From Octopus sinensis (lineage: Eukaryota): DNA of 38,315 nt. The position numbers and the translations under genes were made by a program. The stretch lies in NCBI RefSeq assembly GCF_006345805.1, contig NW_021831892.1, positions 1 through 38,315 on the forward strand, in the 5' to 3' direction. A model generated the notes under the pieces. The model did no database searches. It saw only the letters and a list, made by a program, of their open reading frames with translations, and was not told the origin of the DNA. Below are positions 35,391 to 38,315 of the stretch, piece by piece (the first letter of the stretch is position 1; the number at the start of each line of letters is the position of its first letter).

Positions 35391-35605
35391 CCCTTTCGCA
35401 TTCAGATTACTCTGTCATATGTAATGCTTATTTGGTCACATTATTTTGAATTAATCAGGCATTATCTCGTAGCTTTGAGATTTTGATAATGTGGCTGTTT
35501 ATTTTTAGAACGATATCGTAGGTTTGAGAAGCCACATCTGGCCAGTTTGAATATTAATCAGGTAGAATATTTGGGCCTGAGATGGCCGGTTCAAATGCCA
35601 AAGGG
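35391..35605. mobile_element. piggyBac-type MITE (215 bp)
   Basis: TIRs CCCTTTCGCATT / AATGCCAAAGGG flanked by TTAA (35387-90) and TTGA (35606-09). Confidence 0.7.
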
Positions 35606-36497
35606 TTGAAAAATGGCAAAACAAGACAAGACAAGACGAAGATTGGCAGATGCAGAGTTGGCAGGAAATTCGTCGACTGTACCATTCTTAGAGAATATGC
35701 TGTGTATTGGCTGGTCAACATGTATGCTTCTTCAAATACCTATGGTTACGAGTTGCCTTGTATTTTCGTCTATACATGTATACATGAGTTTGTATATTTA
35801 ACAAGTGATTTGGTATAAGTTAATAATTTCTAGATATACTGAAATGAATTGACGAAAGATAGTTTATATTTATTGCAGATTTTATTCAATTGTTACGCGG
35901 TTACACAACTACAACGAACCGGAAGAAAACAAAATTTTATATAGTGAATGGCGGTCTGCTTACATCGAAAATCCCCTGTCAACTCTTTATATTTTTCTGC
36001 ATAAATGTGTAAAAGGAGGAAGGAAAATGATGCAAAGCTTGCGCGAAAAAAAGTTTGTGACTGTGCCTGTGTATGTGTGCGTTTGTCAAAAATAAGTGTT
36101 GACGTAGCAGCTAATGTTGACAGAAATAAACTGTCTGAAAGTCACAGAAGAAACCGTCTGAAAATCTTAAAAGGAAGTCTGTTTTTCACAAGTAGCGTGA
36201 ATATTCCTGTGTTACAACTGAACTAAGAGTCACTGAAATTAAAATTGAATATACTTATCCACTTCAACCTCTGGCTCACCAAAGAATTTGACAGGCTGAA
36301 CAAATGGATAGCAATAGAAACGAACGTGAAGACTGAGGTTTTGATACATGATCACAAATCCGTTGTATACCTCCTACATATATGTTTGTGGATATTTATG
36401 CGTTTGATGCACATACGTGTATGTGTGTCTATTGAAATGAAATACAAACATACATACATACATACATACATACATACATACATACATACATACATAC

Positions 36498-36755
36498 ATA
36501 CATACATACATACATACAACCTCAGAGATTTGCGAGGTGTAAATGTCGAGGTCTTCAGAGAGTGTCTGGACAAATTTTTATCTGAGATACCAGACGAACT
36601 CACATCGCAGCGGGAGGCACAAGAAGAGCAGCTCCATCCAAACCACTACTTCACCAGAAACGGTACAGAAAAGAAATCCAGTCACACCAAAAGGCGATGT
36701 TCCAGTATATCCTCTTCTCTGGCCGAAACCCGGAAAAAATAAAAGATAAAAGATA
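36498..36755 (+). mobile_element. CR1/L2-type LINE 3' end, 5'-truncated
   Basis: [27 protein letters not shown] resembles the FK..LD.FL C-terminal motif of CR1/L2-group ORF2. Ends in (ATAAAAG)n. Confidence 0.65.
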
Positions 36756-36830
36756 CATACATAAATAGAAACATTATTGTTCCTAAACCTCTCAACGAGA
36801 GATATTCAGTAGTAGTACTTTAGAGTAAAG

Positions 36831-37040
36831 GTTATTTGCCAACCTAATGTGGCAGTCCCGGTTGGGACGAATGCTACTGTTGTTTAGCCTCAGGAGACAA
36901 CATCTCCAGCTGGCTATACGACACACAATCTGTAAGGACACAGATTGTGTCGTATAGCCAGCTGGAGATGATATCTCCTGGGGCTAAACAACAGCAGTAT
37001 TCGTCCCAACCGAGACTGCCACATTAGGTTGGCAAATAAC
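36831..37040. repeat. Hairpin, about 102-bp arms, 6-nt loop
   Basis: Arms at 36831-36933 and 36940-37040. 6 substitutions and one 2-bp indel. Confidence 0.95.
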
Positions 37041-37466
37041 TGATACATACATATACACATATATAGACATGTTTAACTCCGAAGTTAAACCTACAACTAT
37101 AAGCCCTGTTAAATAATTGGTAAATTTTCGAATAAATTGACTGTGGGAGCATTTTTTGGTTTTTTAAGATCGTTGTGATAGCCATCTCAAACTTGAATTT
37201 ACTATGCAGAGAGTTACTACAAATAACCTAGCTAAAGACATCAACAACACATTTAAAGAAGAGAAGGAAAACAAGATAGTAACAGATCTGCCAAATACTT
37301 GAACATATACACACATACATATATGCACAACTGCCCTGTTGATGTTGCTGAAATTCCAATGAAGGAGCCTTGGATCTCGGTTAGAACCCGGGTCTTTCTC
37401 AATTGGTGCGAAATCTAGAAATAAAACTAAATAACATACATATATATACATACACATAATAAATAT

Positions 37467-37509
<43 letters not shown>

Positions 37510-38271
37510 ACACACACAGAGGTGGGGAGAGGGCGAGAAAGAGAGAATGGGTGAGGGGTGTATAAGTGGGTAGGACCGAGTGTTCACAATAATTACTGTG
37601 TTATTAACAGATCGAAATAGCTAAGTTTCTTGTTTAAAATATATTTGATTTCTTCTGTGACAGAGATTTTCATTTCATCATCCCAGAGATATTTCAGATC
37701 TAAAATATTGCAGCAGAAGAAAACATAAGCATCGTCTGCTTGGCAGCCGACAACTGAGGCGGGCGGTTTTTTTGTGTGTTATTTTTTTCTCTTTCTTTTT
37801 TTTAAGTGGTTTATTTTATGTATCGGTGGTTTTGTTTATTAATCATACGCTAGTTTGTTCTTTTTCGTTCATTTATTTTTCTTGCAACGTTTATGTATAT
37901 ATGCGAATATGTGGTTGTGTATATGTGTGCGTACGTGTTTTGTCCGTATATATTTTTTCTATTACATGACTCACATGAATGATAAAAACGAGTCAAGTGA
38001 CTGGACTTTTGCTCTTGTCTCGATCTCTGTCAACCATGACTGCAAAATAACCCAAGACCCGTGGGTAGTCGTCACCCAGTTGCAGTCAACATTAAAAATA
38101 CAGAATCTAATATCGCTTTTATTAGACACTTAATCACTAGTATGATGGCCAGGAGTTGCTTTATTCCATTCTATTTAGCTCGAAAGAAGACTTAACCCCA
38201 TCATCGACATCAAAGGATTCACTACTATTGAAAAACTTCGGTTCGGGTTGTTTTTCTCTTCATTTAGTTAG

Positions 38272-38315
<44 letters not shown>

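Noticed and set aside
37348-37401. CCAATGAAGGAGCCTTGGATCTCGGTTAGAACCC, loosely hammerhead-shaped
   Set aside because: Both core boxes are broken and there is no convincing stem I. Could only be revisited with a family consensus.
38179-38271. Protein-like open frame after a TTTAG acceptor (LERRLNPIIDIKGFTTIEKLR...)
   Set aside because: No recognisable homology, no good donor site, and nothing links it to other exons.

Overview
Repeat-saturated, AT-rich animal DNA with no intact protein-coding gene that I can support. The SINE repertoire and extreme microsatellite load look like a coleoid cephalopod, probably Octopus; this is inference from remembered repeat sequences, not a database hit. Almost all long ORFs in the track are translations of microsatellites. 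The window holds: tRNA-derived SINEs of at least six families; decayed maT (DD37D) and mariner transposases; RTE-like and CR1/L2-like LINE 3' ends; an internally deleted Mag-type Gypsy element; a FLYWCH-MULE (Phantom-like) element with TIRs inside a (GATA)n array; non-autonomous Helitrons; and a piggyBac-type MITE. Three observations stand out. (1) Two unrelated families of type I hammerhead ribozyme motifs each occur as an inverted pair. One has a complete core and a very long stem II, in an ORF-less Penelope-like/retrozyme-like unit (9160-10100). The other lies at the 3' end of a tRNA-headed, (AAT)n-containing SINE-like element (13007-13662), suggesting a Penelope-dependent ribozyme SINE. 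(2) There is a high density of local fold-back duplications, and one of them (26061-26235) demonstrably arose in place inside a dead transposase. (3) SINE heads and tails are shuffled in a modular way, with matching LINE tails in the same window. Homopolymer-only differences between some duplicated segments mean assembly artefacts must be excluded.
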